A DNA stretch of 64,000 nt, taken from positions 350 through 64,349 of the forward strand of contig JAMPFT010000012.1 in the NCBI GenBank assembly GCA_023664305.1. The letters run 5' to 3'. Source of the DNA: a bacterium. Its GTDB lineage: Bacteria > Bacillota > Clostridia > Lachnospirales > Lachnospiraceae. Of the stretch, positions 16,300 through 25,008 are shown in pieces. A program made the position numbers and the translations under genes. Position 1 is the first letter of the stretch. Each line of letters starts with the position of its first letter. Below the pieces are notes generated by a model. That model made no database searches. It had not been told where the DNA came from and worked only from the letters and a program-made list of their open reading frames with translations.

Positions 16300-18327
16300 A
16301 TGAGATTTGAAAATGAAAACGGGGCGCTTGTCTGCCGCCACAACGGTGAGACGCTTCGCATTGAGGCATGGGGAAAGGATTCGCTGCGCGTGAGGTCGTC
16401 TATGTCGCCTGCTTTTACCGGAAACGACTGGGCGCTGACGGAAGAGCCAGCTGCCTGCCGTGTACAGGTTCAGATTGCGGAAGAGGACCATTGGGTGGGC
16501 AATGGGGATATCGATAAGCGCGGGATTGCGTCCGTGACAAACGGACGGATCAGGGCGGTCGTTAATTTTGCGGGAGTGATTTCTTTTTACAGAGATCAGC
16601 AGCTGCTTCTGCGGGAGTATTACAGGAGCTACGACGGTACGCTTTCGAAGGAAAGCCGCTGTCTGAAGCTAATCAACCGCGAGTGGAAGGGGATCATCGG
16701 CGGCAGCGAATATTCCCTGAATCTGAAATTTGAGAGCAATAAGGGCGAGAAGCTGTTCGGCATGGGTCAGTACCAGCAGGACTGCATGGATTTAAAGGGC
16801 TGCGTTTTGGAGCTGGCGCAGCGAAATTCCCAGATTTCCGTTCCTTTTGCGGTCTCCTCCCTGGGCTACGGTTTTTTGTGGAACAATCCCGCGGTGGGCC
16901 GCGTGACCTTCGGCAAAAATTATTATGAGTGGATTGCGCGTTCCACAAAAGAAATGGATTACTGGATTACCGCCGCGGATACGCCGAAGCAGATTCTTGA
17001 AAATTACACTGCCGTCACGGGCCGCGCGGAAATGTTTCCCGAGAATCTGATGGGGCTGTGGCAGTGCAAGCTGCGCTACCGGACGCAGGACGAAGTGCTG
17101 ACCGTGGCGAGACAGTATCAGAAGGAAGGCATCAAAATTGATCAGATCGTCATCGACTTTTTCCACTGGACGGTACAGGGAGACTGGAAATTTGACAGGA
17201 AATACTGGCCGGATCCCAAGGCGATGGTAGACGAGCTTCATTCCATGGGGATCAGGGTTATCGTGTCCGTATGGCCTTCCGTTGACCGCAAAAGCGAGAA
17301 TTTCTATCCCATGGCGGAGAGGGGGCTGCTGATCCGGACCGAGCGCGGCGCGGCGCAGACCTACGATTATCAGGGAGACTGCGTGGAGATCGACGTGTTC
17401 AATCCGGAAGCAAGAAAGTATGTCTGGGACGTCTGCAGGAAGAATTACTATGATTACGGGATCGATGCGTTCTGGCTGGATAATTCCGAACCGGATTACG
17501 GGGTGTACGATTTTGACCATTACCGCTATTATGCCGGGCCCGCCCTTTCCGTCAGCAATCTTTATCCGCAGCTGTACAGCCGCGCCTTTTATGACGGAAT
17601 GAAGGAAGCCGGGGCGGATACGGTTGTGAACCTTTTGCGCTGTGCGTGGGCGGGTTCCCAGAAATACGGCAATGTCGTCTGGTCCGGCGACGTGCCCAGC
17701 ACCTTTGAGGCGTTTGCGGATCAGCTCCAGTGCGGCCTGAACATGGGGCTTGCGGGCATTCCCTGGTGGACCACGGATATCGGCGGGTTTATGACGGACG
17801 ATGTGAACGACGAAGACTTCCGCCAGCTTTTAATCCGCTGGTATCAGTTTGCCGTGTACTCTCCCGTGCTGCGGATGCATGGGGACCGCGGGCCGTACAA
17901 TATTCCGTCTCTGGATGACAGGGACTGGGGCGGCGGTTATCTGCACACCGGCCAGCCCAACGAGCTTTGGAGCTACGGCGAGGACAATTATGCCATCATG
18001 AAAAAGTATTACGACATCCGTATCGCCATGCATGATTATATCAGAGACCTGTATGAGGAAGCGCATACCGACGGTTCCCCGCTCCTTCGCGCCATGTTCT
18101 ATGAATTTCCGGAGGACGCAGGGTGCTGGGAGCTTCAGGATCAATATATGTTTGGCGGCAGATATCTCGTGGCGCCGATTCTTCACTTGAACCAGTGGAA
18201 GCGCGAGGTCTATCTTCCCGACGGCAAATGGAAGCTGACCTCCACGGGAGAGATTTACGGAGGCGGGCAGAGCGTCAGCGTGGATGCGCCCATCGATTAT
18301 ATGCCGGTGTTTGAGCGGGTGGGCTGA
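16300..18327 (+). CDS. glycoside hydrolase family 31 (alpha-xylosidase/alpha-glucosidase-like)
   Basis: GFLWNNP, WQCKLRY, IVIDFFHW, FWLDNSEP (nucleophile), WSGD, WTTDIGGF, RWYQFA. Confidence 0.9.
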   Translation: MRFENENGALVCRHNGETLRIEAWGKDSLRVRSSMSPAFTGNDWALTEEPAACRVQVQIAEEDHWVGNGDIDKRGIASVTNGRIRAVVNFAGVISFYRDQQLLLREYYRSYDGTLSKESRCLKLINREWKGIIGGSEYSLNLKFESNKGEKLFGMGQYQQDCMDLKGCVLELAQRNSQISVPFAVSSLGYGFLWNNPAVGRVTFGKNYYEWIARSTKEMDYWITAADTPKQILENYTAVTGRAEMFPENLMGLWQCKLRYRTQDEVLTVARQYQKEGIKIDQIVIDFFHWTVQGDWKFDRKYWPDPKAMVDELHSMGIRVIVSVWPSVDRKSENFYPMAERGLLIRTERGAAQTYDYQGDCVEIDVFNPEARKYVWDVCRKNYYDYGIDAFWLDNSEPDYGVYDFDHYRYYAGPALSVSNLYPQLYSRAFYDGMKEAGADTVVNLLRCAWAGSQKYGNVVWSGDVPSTFEAFADQLQCGLNMGLAGIPWWTTDIGGFMTDDVNDEDFRQLLIRWYQFAVYSPVLRMHGDRGPYNIPSLDDRDWGGGYLHTGQPNELWSYGEDNYAIMKKYYDIRIAMHDYIRDLYEEAHTDGSPLLRAMFYEFPEDAGCWELQDQYMFGGRYLVAPILHLNQWKREVYLPDGKWKLTSTGEIYGGGQSVSVDAPIDYMPVFERVG

Positions 18328-18526
18328 TCCGGGCCGTGAGCGACGACAGGGTGTTCCTTTCGGAGCCGTAATAGTTTTTTGCGACGAAAGTTTCGTTTTG
18401 TTCTTCTATAGGAAACTTCGTGACGCTTTTTTCCGGCTTGACAGGGGCCGCCCGCGTCTGTAGATTTGAGCTGTCGCGGCAGAACGGGAGATTTATTGAT
18501 TGTGGGGTGAAGTCATGGAGGAAGGA

Positions 18527-19111
18527 ATGAAGATAACCGGGAAGAAAAACAGAATGGCAGGCCTGCTGCTCGGCGGGGTCCTGATGCTGACGCTGTTTGC
18601 AGGATGCGGCAGCGAGGAGACGGGCGGCCCTGACACGACGTCGCTGGAACAGTGCAGTCTGGCGTCCTTTACCGCGCAGACCATGGACGGCGGCGCCTAC
18701 ACGCAGGATGATATACAAAGCAAGGATGTGACGATTATCAATTTCTGGGGAACCACCTGCGGTCCCTGTATCGCGGAGATGCCTGATCTGGCGGAATATG
18801 AAAAGACGCTGCCGGACAATGTTGCGCTTGTCACCGTCTGTCTGGACTGGAGCAGGAAGGGAGACGTGGCGGCGGAAATCATGGAAGAGGCAGGATACGA
18901 GGGGATCACGCTGTTTGGCGGCGACGGCGATTACGGGAAAATCTGCAGCGTGGTGCGCTGGATGCCCACGACAATCTTTGTAGACAGCGAGGGGAACCAG
19001 GTCGGGGAAGCGATCATCGGCGGACAGACGGAGCTGGCGGCGGTATATACGGAGAGAGTAAACCAGGTGCTGAAGGAAGCGGGAAAGGCGGAGATTGAGC
19101 TTGAAAAGTAG
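18527..19111 (+). CDS. TlpA-family thioredoxin-like lipoprotein
   Basis: Lipobox FAGC; INFWGTTCGPCIAEMPDL; WMPTTIFVD; promoter TTGACA-17-TAGATT at 18438-18466. Confidence 0.88.
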   Translation: MKITGKKNRMAGLLLGGVLMLTLFAGCGSEETGGPDTTSLEQCSLASFTAQTMDGGAYTQDDIQSKDVTIINFWGTTCGPCIAEMPDLAEYEKTLPDNVALVTVCLDWSRKGDVAAEIMEEAGYEGITLFGGDGDYGKICSVVRWMPTTIFVDSEGNQVGEAIIGGQTELAAVYTERVNQVLKEAGKAEIELEK

Positions 19112-19247
19112 AACAGTGTGGGCGGGACGGCTTTGTCTGCTGGCCGCGGCGGCAGGCTTCATCGGCGTCGGTCTGATGCGCGGAGAGCATCTGGACGTTT
19201 TGGAGAAGGCGGTGAGAATATGTCTGGAATGCATCGGGATCGGATGA
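19101..19247 (+). CDS. 48-aa membrane peptide with C-terminal CxxCIGIG (CD1871A-like); absent from ORF track
   Basis: TTG start; MKSRTVWAGRLCLLAAAAGFIGVGLMRGEHLDVLEKAVRICLECIGIG; stop overlaps next ATG (ATGA). Confidence 0.85.
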   Translation: MKSRTVWAGRLCLLAAAAGFIGVGLMRGEHLDVLEKAVRICLECIGIG

Positions 19248-20128
19248 CAGGGAAGACAAAAAGAAAGCTGCCGTTTCAGCGGTGCATGCAGCTTGCCGCC
19301 CTTGTTTTGCTGAACGGATACGCCGCGGGATTTCAGGGCGGAAAAATCTTCACCGGAGGCAGCAAGGCTTTCTGCGTGCCGGTGTTAAACTGTTATTCCT
19401 GTCCGGGAGCGCTGGGAGCCTGTCCCATCGGTTCGCTGCAGTCGGCGCTGGGCGGTGTGAGACGTCAGTTCCCCTTCTATGTGCTGGGGACGTTGATGCT
19501 TTTCGGGGTTATACTGGGCAGAGCGGTCTGCGGACTGCTTTGCCCTTTCGGTCTGGTACAGGATCTGCTGCATAAAATTCCGACGCCGAAGCTCAGGCTG
19601 CCCCGGCGGGCGGATCGGGCCGCCCGGTATCTGAAATACGCGGTGCTGCTGGTACTGGTGATTTTGATTCCTGCATTTGCCGTTACGGAGACCGGTATCG
19701 TCCCGCCTTATTTTTGTAAATATATCTGCCCTGCGGGGACGCTGGGAGGCGGTATCCCGCTGCTTTTGGCAAACGCGCAGCTGCGGAGTGTGGCGGGAGC
19801 GTTGTTTGGGTGGAAGTTATTGGTGCTGGCTGTGATTCTGGCGGCGTCCGCCGTGATCCATCGGCCTTTTTGCAAGTATCTGTGTCCGCTGGGGGCATTT
19901 TACGGCCTGTTCCACCGATTCAGCTTTTATCAGGTGAGGCTGGATCAGAGCAAGTGTACAGGCTGCGGAAAATGTGAGCGGGTCTGCCCGATGGATGTAG
20001 AGCTTACAAAGAGTCCGGACAGCCCGGAGTGCATCCGGTGCGGCAGATGTAAAGCAGCCTGTCCGACGGGCGCACTTTCCGTCGGCTTTGGCTGCGGCGT
20101 AAAAAGGGAGAATATGCCGCGCCTGTGA
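19244..20128 (+). CDS. membrane 4Fe-4S binding protein (polyferredoxin, NapH-like)
   Basis: LNCYSCP, CPIG, CGLLCPFG, CKYICPAG, FCKYLCPLG, CTGCGKCERVCP, CIRCGRCKAACP. Confidence 0.88.
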   Translation: MTGKTKRKLPFQRCMQLAALVLLNGYAAGFQGGKIFTGGSKAFCVPVLNCYSCPGALGACPIGSLQSALGGVRRQFPFYVLGTLMLFGVILGRAVCGLLCPFGLVQDLLHKIPTPKLRLPRRADRAARYLKYAVLLVLVILIPAFAVTETGIVPPYFCKYICPAGTLGGGIPLLLANAQLRSVAGALFGWKLLVLAVILAASAVIHRPFCKYLCPLGAFYGLFHRFSFYQVRLDQSKCTGCGKCERVCPMDVELTKSPDSPECIRCGRCKAACPTGALSVGFGCGVKRENMPRL

Positions 20129-20201
20129 CCGTTGGAGGGAAAACGGTCTTAATGTAGTCGAAATATTGAATTGATGTCAAAGAGGGCAGAGGGGTATAAG
20201 C

Positions 20202-21164
20202 ATGGATTATGTGAGAGGAATGAATTTTGCGCCGTTTGCGCCGCGGGGAGTGCTCGGCAGTAAGGCGGCTGAACAGAGCTTAAGGCAGATGGCGGAGAGG
20301 ACGGGAACCGATTTTGTGATCCTTTGTCCCGCGGCCGTACAGGCCACCGCCCAGTCGGTAGAAATCGATTACCGGTCGGAGCGGACGACGGGCGACGGAG
20401 AGCTGAAGGACATGATCGCCATGATACACGGGATGGGATTGAGATGCGCGCTGAAACCGACGGTGAACTGCAAAAACGGAACCTGGCGGGCGCATATTAA
20501 TTTCTTTGACGAGGATGTGCCCTGCGAGCCGAAATGGTCGGAATGGTTTGCTTCCTACGGGGAGTTTCAGCACCATTTTGCCGAAATTGCGGAAGAATGC
20601 GGGTGCGAGATGTTTATCACCGGCTGCGAGATGGTGCAGACGCAGAGACGGGAAAAGGAATGGAGAGCGCTGATCGCGGACGTTAAGTCCGTTTACGGCG
20701 GCCCGGTTTCCTATAATACCGATAAATATCAGGAGCACAACGTCAGCTGGTGGGACGCGGTGGATGTGATTTCCTCCAGCGGGTATTATCCCATTGACGA
20801 TTGGGAAAGACAGCTTGACAGAATCGAAAAGGTGGTGGAGAAATTCGGAAAGCCCTTCTTTTTCGCGGAATGCGGCTGTATGTCTACGAAGGGCTCCTGC
20901 AACAGACCCAACGATTGGAGCGTTAAGGGCCCGCAGGATTTGGAGGAGCAGGCCGGGTGGTATCGCAGGATGTTTGAGGCCTGTGCAAAGCGAAGCTGGG
21001 TCGGCGGCTTCGCGCTTTGGAGCTGGGACGCCGATCCGGGCCGAACGGACCGGGACGGGCTGGGATACGGTATCTGCGGGAAACCGGCGGAGCAGGCGGT
21101 GAAGGAATTTTACGAAAAACGTTTCAGTGAAAAACACGCTGAAGTGAAAAACACGCTGAAGTGA
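20202..21164 (+). CDS. glycoside hydrolase family 113 (beta-mannanase/mannosidase-like), no signal peptide
   Basis: LKPTVN, WRAHINF, TGCEM and FAECGC glutamates, ISSSGYYP. Confidence 0.8.
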   Translation: MDYVRGMNFAPFAPRGVLGSKAAEQSLRQMAERTGTDFVILCPAAVQATAQSVEIDYRSERTTGDGELKDMIAMIHGMGLRCALKPTVNCKNGTWRAHINFFDEDVPCEPKWSEWFASYGEFQHHFAEIAEECGCEMFITGCEMVQTQRREKEWRALIADVKSVYGGPVSYNTDKYQEHNVSWWDAVDVISSSGYYPIDDWERQLDRIEKVVEKFGKPFFFAECGCMSTKGSCNRPNDWSVKGPQDLEEQAGWYRRMFEACAKRSWVGGFALWSWDADPGRTDRDGLGYGICGKPAEQAVKEFYEKRFSEKHAEVKNTLK

Positions 21165-21209
21165 AAAACACGCTGAAGTGAAAAACACGCTGAAGTGAAA
21201 AACACTGAA
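21127..21209 (+). repeat. 17-bp VNTR (4 perfect copies plus 1 variant) over the GH113 stop
   Basis: gtgaaaaacacgctgaa at 21127, 21144, 21161, 21178; variant at 21195. Confidence 0.95.
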
Positions 21210-21227
21210 TCATCTTGCAAATAACAC

Positions 21228-21280
21228 TTGACAAACGGTACTACACGTTGTAGTCTATATACAGACTACAACGTGTAGTA
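21228..21280 (+). promoter_or_regulatory. blaI-like promoter with double TACA-N3-TGTA operator
   Basis: TTGACA 21228, TAGTCT 21251; perfect 18-bp inverted repeat 21239-21256 / 21263-21280. Confidence 0.8.
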
Positions 21281-21433
21281 TTTGTGTTATAAAAGTGCCC
21301 CTGCGTGGCACTTAGAAGAATGCTCCGCATTCTTCCCTTGCCGTGACGAAGTTTCCTATAGAGTAAAAAAGCGTCCCTTTGCAACGCTTTTACGGCGAAA
21401 TTTCCTATAAGATAAAAAGAGGGGGATATAAAG

Positions 21434-21790
21434 ATGGCGGAAATACAGCTGGGCGTCATTGAGGCGCGCTTTGCGGATATGATCTGGGAGAGGGAGCCGG
21501 TGACCTCGTCGGAGCTGGTAAAGCTGGCGGCGGAAGTCTTTACCTGGAAGAGGACGACGACGCATACCGTTTTAAAGCGGCTCTGCGATAAGGGCCTGTT
21601 TCGGAATGATAACGGGACGGTGAGCAGCCTGATTTCACGGGAGCAGTTTTACTCGCTGCAGAGCAGAAGCTTTGTCAACGATACCTTTGCGGGCTCTCTT
21701 CCTGCCTTTATTGCGGCGTTTACGGCAGGAGGCCGGCTGACGCCGGAGGAAGCGGAGCAGATCCGCAGGATGATCGACGACGCGGTGTGA
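21434..21790 (+). CDS. BlaI/MecI/CopY family repressor
   Basis: LGVIEARFADMIW, WKRTTTHTVLKRLCDKG, FAGSLPAFIAAF. Confidence 0.92.
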   Translation: MAEIQLGVIEARFADMIWEREPVTSSELVKLAAEVFTWKRTTTHTVLKRLCDKGLFRNDNGTVSSLISREQFYSLQSRSFVNDTFAGSLPAFIAAFTAGGRLTPEEAEQIRRMIDDAV

Positions 21791-21910
21791 GGAGAAAGCC
21801 GGTGTGAGGAAAAGTCGGTGTAAGGAAAACTGGTGTGAGGAAAGCCGATGTGAAGAAAGGTCGGTGTAAGGAAAAACCGGTGTAAGGAAAGAATCGGTGT
21901 GAAGAGAAAA
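21783..21910 (+). repeat. imperfect 15-17-bp tandem repeat, 8 copies, starting at the blaI stop
   Basis: (c)ggtgt(g/a)a(g/a)gaaa units at 21784, 21801, 21817, 21832, 21847, 21863, 21879, 21896. Confidence 0.85.
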
Positions 21911-21952
21911 ACAGACCGCGGAAAGGGTCCCGATTAAACAGGAGGTATAAAA

Positions 21953-23251
21953 ATGGATTTGATTTTTGTGAATCTGCTGAACAGGAGCATTGCGGCAGGA
22001 TGGCTGATCCTGGCTGTGATCGTGCTGCGCCTGCTTTTGCGGAACGCGCCGAAACGGCTGTGCTGTGTACTCTGGGGGATCGTGGCGCTGCGGCTGATCT
22101 GTCCCTTTTCTTTGGAGAGCGCGTTCAGCCTGATTCCCAGCGCCGAGGTGATAAGCCCTGCCGCAGTGCGGTATGCCGATAAGCCTGTTATCGACAGCGG
22201 CGTTTCCCTGATCGACAGTGCGCTGAATCCCGCGGCGGGTCTGCTTGCGCCGGAGCCGGGAGCCAGCGTCAACCCGCTGGCTGTCCGGATGGAGCTGGCA
22301 GGCATTTTGTGGGGAATCGGTCTGGTTTGTATGCTTTTGTATGCGACAGTCAGCTTCGGGCGGCTGAAAAAGAGAGTGCGGGAGGCTGTGCCGTCCGGGG
22401 ATAATATATGGATCTGCGATGCGGTAGAGTCGCCGTTTATTCTGGGGATCGTCAGGCCGCGGATCTATCTGCCCTCCTCTCTGGCGGCGGGGCAGACGGA
22501 ATATGTGCTTGCCCACGAATACGCGCACATAAAGAGAAAGGATCCCTGGTGGAAGCTTCTGGGATATCTTCTGCTCTGCGTCTATTGGTTTCATCCGCTT
22601 GTCTGGGCGGCCTATTTTCTGCTGTGCCGGGACATTGAGCTTGCCTGCGACGAAAAAGTGGTCAGAAAGATGGGACTTGCCGAAAAGAAGGCTTACTCCA
22701 CCGCCCTTGTGGACCTTAGCGCCGCAAAAAGCGGGATGTCGGTCTGCCCCCTGGCCTTCGGAGAGGTGGGCGTGAAGGAGCGTGTCCGGGCAGTCCTGCG
22801 CTATAAAAAGCCTGCTTTCTGGGTGACCGCGGCCGCCGCCCTGGCCGTTATCGCGGTGGCGGTATGCTTTCTGACCAATCCGAAAAGAGATACCTTTGAG
22901 ATCAGAATCGTGATCCCCGCGGGGTGCGAGATGCAGATCTGCTATTCCGACACGGAGGTTTCGCCTCTTCGAAACAGGATTACTCTGTCCTCCGGCGAAG
23001 GGCTGGGGGACACGGAGGCGGTTCTTGTGCTGGCGGAAAGCCTGGACGGGACGCCGTATGCGTCGTCTTACATGACGCCGGGGATGCCGGTGAAGCTGAA
23101 GGCGGAGAAAGGTGCATGGTTCCGGGTCGGCATCACGGCAAGCAATCCCTCTGACGAGGACATTTCGGTCTATGTACGGGTAAAAGGAGTGACGGTCAGG
23201 ATCGCGTCGTCGGCTGCGGAGGAAGATTCGTTCCTGCATTTCAGATTCTGA
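21953..23251 (+). CDS. BlaR1/MecR1-like M56 metallopeptidase sensor with non-PBP C-terminal domain
   Basis: SPFILGIVRPRIYLP, LAHEYAHIKR, YWFHPLVW, ELACDE, VKERV. Confidence 0.9.
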   Translation: MDLIFVNLLNRSIAAGWLILAVIVLRLLLRNAPKRLCCVLWGIVALRLICPFSLESAFSLIPSAEVISPAAVRYADKPVIDSGVSLIDSALNPAAGLLAPEPGASVNPLAVRMELAGILWGIGLVCMLLYATVSFGRLKKRVREAVPSGDNIWICDAVESPFILGIVRPRIYLPSSLAAGQTEYVLAHEYAHIKRKDPWWKLLGYLLLCVYWFHPLVWAAYFLLCRDIELACDEKVVRKMGLAEKKAYSTALVDLSAAKSGMSVCPLAFGEVGVKERVRAVLRYKKPAFWVTAAAALAVIAVAVCFLTNPKRDTFEIRIVIPAGCEMQICYSDTEVSPLRNRITLSSGEGLGDTEAVLVLAESLDGTPYASSYMTPGMPVKLKAEKGAWFRVGITASNPSDEDISVYVRVKGVTVRIASSAAEEDSFLHFRF

Positions 23252-23567
23252 CACGGGGGGAACCGTCTCCGGCCGCGTGGAGGAAGAATCTTTAAAAGTA
23301 AATTTCCGGATATTGATTATGATGCCCGCTAAAGCAGGCAGACAAATGCCGCAAAGCTCTGAATGACAAAAGAGCTCTGCGGCATTTTTGTATTCTGCTG
23401 CCTGGCTTGCAGGAGGTTCTGCCACAGCCGAAATATGAAGAAGTATTTTTCGGGAGTGCCGCAGGGAATGCCTAAGTATAGTTACAAAATACCGCACTTT
23501 GTTTGTCGGTTATTACTAAAAACGGTTTGCAAATATTGGGAATAAGCACGAAAATACAAAAACCGCA

Positions 23568-23620
23568 TTGACATTGGCAGAAGATGTGTTACTATGGAAA
23601 TACAAATTGTAAAGTTACAA
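23568..23620 (+). promoter_or_regulatory. promoter and LacI-type operator of the carbohydrate operon
   Basis: TTGACA 23568, TACTAT 23590; palindrome TTGTAA-AG-TTACAA at 23607-23620. Confidence 0.65.
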
Positions 23621-23649
23621 AACAAGAGAGCGGAAACAGGAGGAGCAAA

Positions 23650-24987
23650 GTGAAGACGAAGTGTACGGGAAACAAAGCATTCACGGGCATGGGGATGCTC
23701 AGGATGAGAAGACGGATCGGTCTGTGCCTGGCGGCAGTGATGATTATGCTGTCTCTGACCGGCTGCGGAGAAGAGAGCAAGGATAAAAACACTTTTACCT
23801 TTGCAACCTGGGCGGCGGGTACGGAGTTGGAGGAGTTTCAGGCAATCATTGACCGGGTGAACGAGGAAGCGGCAGGGGCGTACCGGATCGAGGTGCTGAG
23901 TATTCCCTCCGACTATTATGTGAAGATATCGACCAAGATCGCGGCGAAGACGTGTCCCGATTTCTTCTGGCTGACGCAGGAGCTGATTTCCAAATACGCG
24001 CAGATGGGAGCGCTGGCGGATCTCACGGAGCAGTTTAAGAGCAGCGAAAGCCTGACGCCGGACATGTATTATGAAGGAGTCCTTTCCTCCGCGACGTACA
24101 ACGGTTCCTATTGGGGGCTTCCCTGGATCGCCAATCCGATGATCGTGTACTACAACAAGGATATGTTCGACGCCTTTGAGGTGCCGTATCCGGAGCCGGA
24201 CGACGACTGGACCTGGGAGGAATTTTTAGAGGTGTGCAGGAAGTTCAGCGGCAAAGAATACAGAGGCAATACGGTGTACGGGACTGTGGTTGACGGCTGG
24301 CCCAACATAGAGACCTTTATCTGGGCGGGCGGCGGAGATATCATCGCGGCGGACGGAGAAACCATCATCTTAAATTCCGACGCGGCGAAGAAGGGTATGG
24401 ATTACCTTCGTACCATCGTGGCGGAAGGCTTAAGCCCCAGATATGCGGAGGTGGCGAGCCTCGGCGACAATAATGTCTGGTACGAAAAGCAGCGCGTCGC
24501 CATGTATTTCGGCGGTATGCAGGACAACTTTGAGAAAAAGGTCGAGGCAATGGCGGAGGACGAAAAATTTGAGATCGGCTATGCGCCCATGCCCGTCTGC
24601 GACGACGGCGGCGCGTGGAGCTTCGACTGGACGGCATCCACGGTGATGGCAAAGTCGCTGGAGGGGAACGAACTGGCATATAGGGCGCTGGAGGATGTGA
24701 CCCGGGCGTTCTTCGAGTGGAAGATCGCGCCTCCGGTAAAAAATTCGCTGGATAATGTGGTAAAGATCAATCCTCAGAAGGCGGACGCGATGGAAACCAT
24801 CTCCTATACCATGGAGTACGCACGCTCCGCGTACTATATCCCCGAGTGGTCCGATATCAACGATAAGCTCTGGTATAACCTGTATGTGTCCCTGTTAAAC
24901 GACGCGGAGTTCGATTATAAGGGGAAAATGGATGAAATCCAGGAGTATTCCGAGGGGTTGGTGCGGGATCGCAAGCCGGCCCAATAG
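23650..24987 (+). CDS. sugar ABC transporter substrate-binding lipoprotein
   Basis: Lipobox LTGC; YGLP-like YWGLPW, YYNKDMF, DWTWEEF; start uncertain (GTG 23650 or ATG 23704). Confidence 0.88.
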   Translation: MKTKCTGNKAFTGMGMLRMRRRIGLCLAAVMIMLSLTGCGEESKDKNTFTFATWAAGTELEEFQAIIDRVNEEAAGAYRIEVLSIPSDYYVKISTKIAAKTCPDFFWLTQELISKYAQMGALADLTEQFKSSESLTPDMYYEGVLSSATYNGSYWGLPWIANPMIVYYNKDMFDAFEVPYPEPDDDWTWEEFLEVCRKFSGKEYRGNTVYGTVVDGWPNIETFIWAGGGDIIAADGETIILNSDAAKKGMDYLRTIVAEGLSPRYAEVASLGDNNVWYEKQRVAMYFGGMQDNFEKKVEAMAEDEKFEIGYAPMPVCDDGGAWSFDWTASTVMAKSLEGNELAYRALEDVTRAFFEWKIAPPVKNSLDNVVKINPQKADAMETISYTMEYARSAYYIPEWSDINDKLWYNLYVSLLNDAEFDYKGKMDEIQEYSEGLVRDRKPAQ

Positions 24988-25008
24988 AGCGGGAAGAAAG
25001 GAAGTCTC

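Noticed and set aside
18527-20128. Selenocysteine recoding in the TlpA/CxxC/4Fe-4S triad
   Set aside because: All redox motifs use Cys codons; no in-frame TGA at motif positions
21127-21910. Short repeat arrays as possible CRISPR arrays
   Set aside because: Units are head-to-tail with no unique spacers, and no cas genes are present
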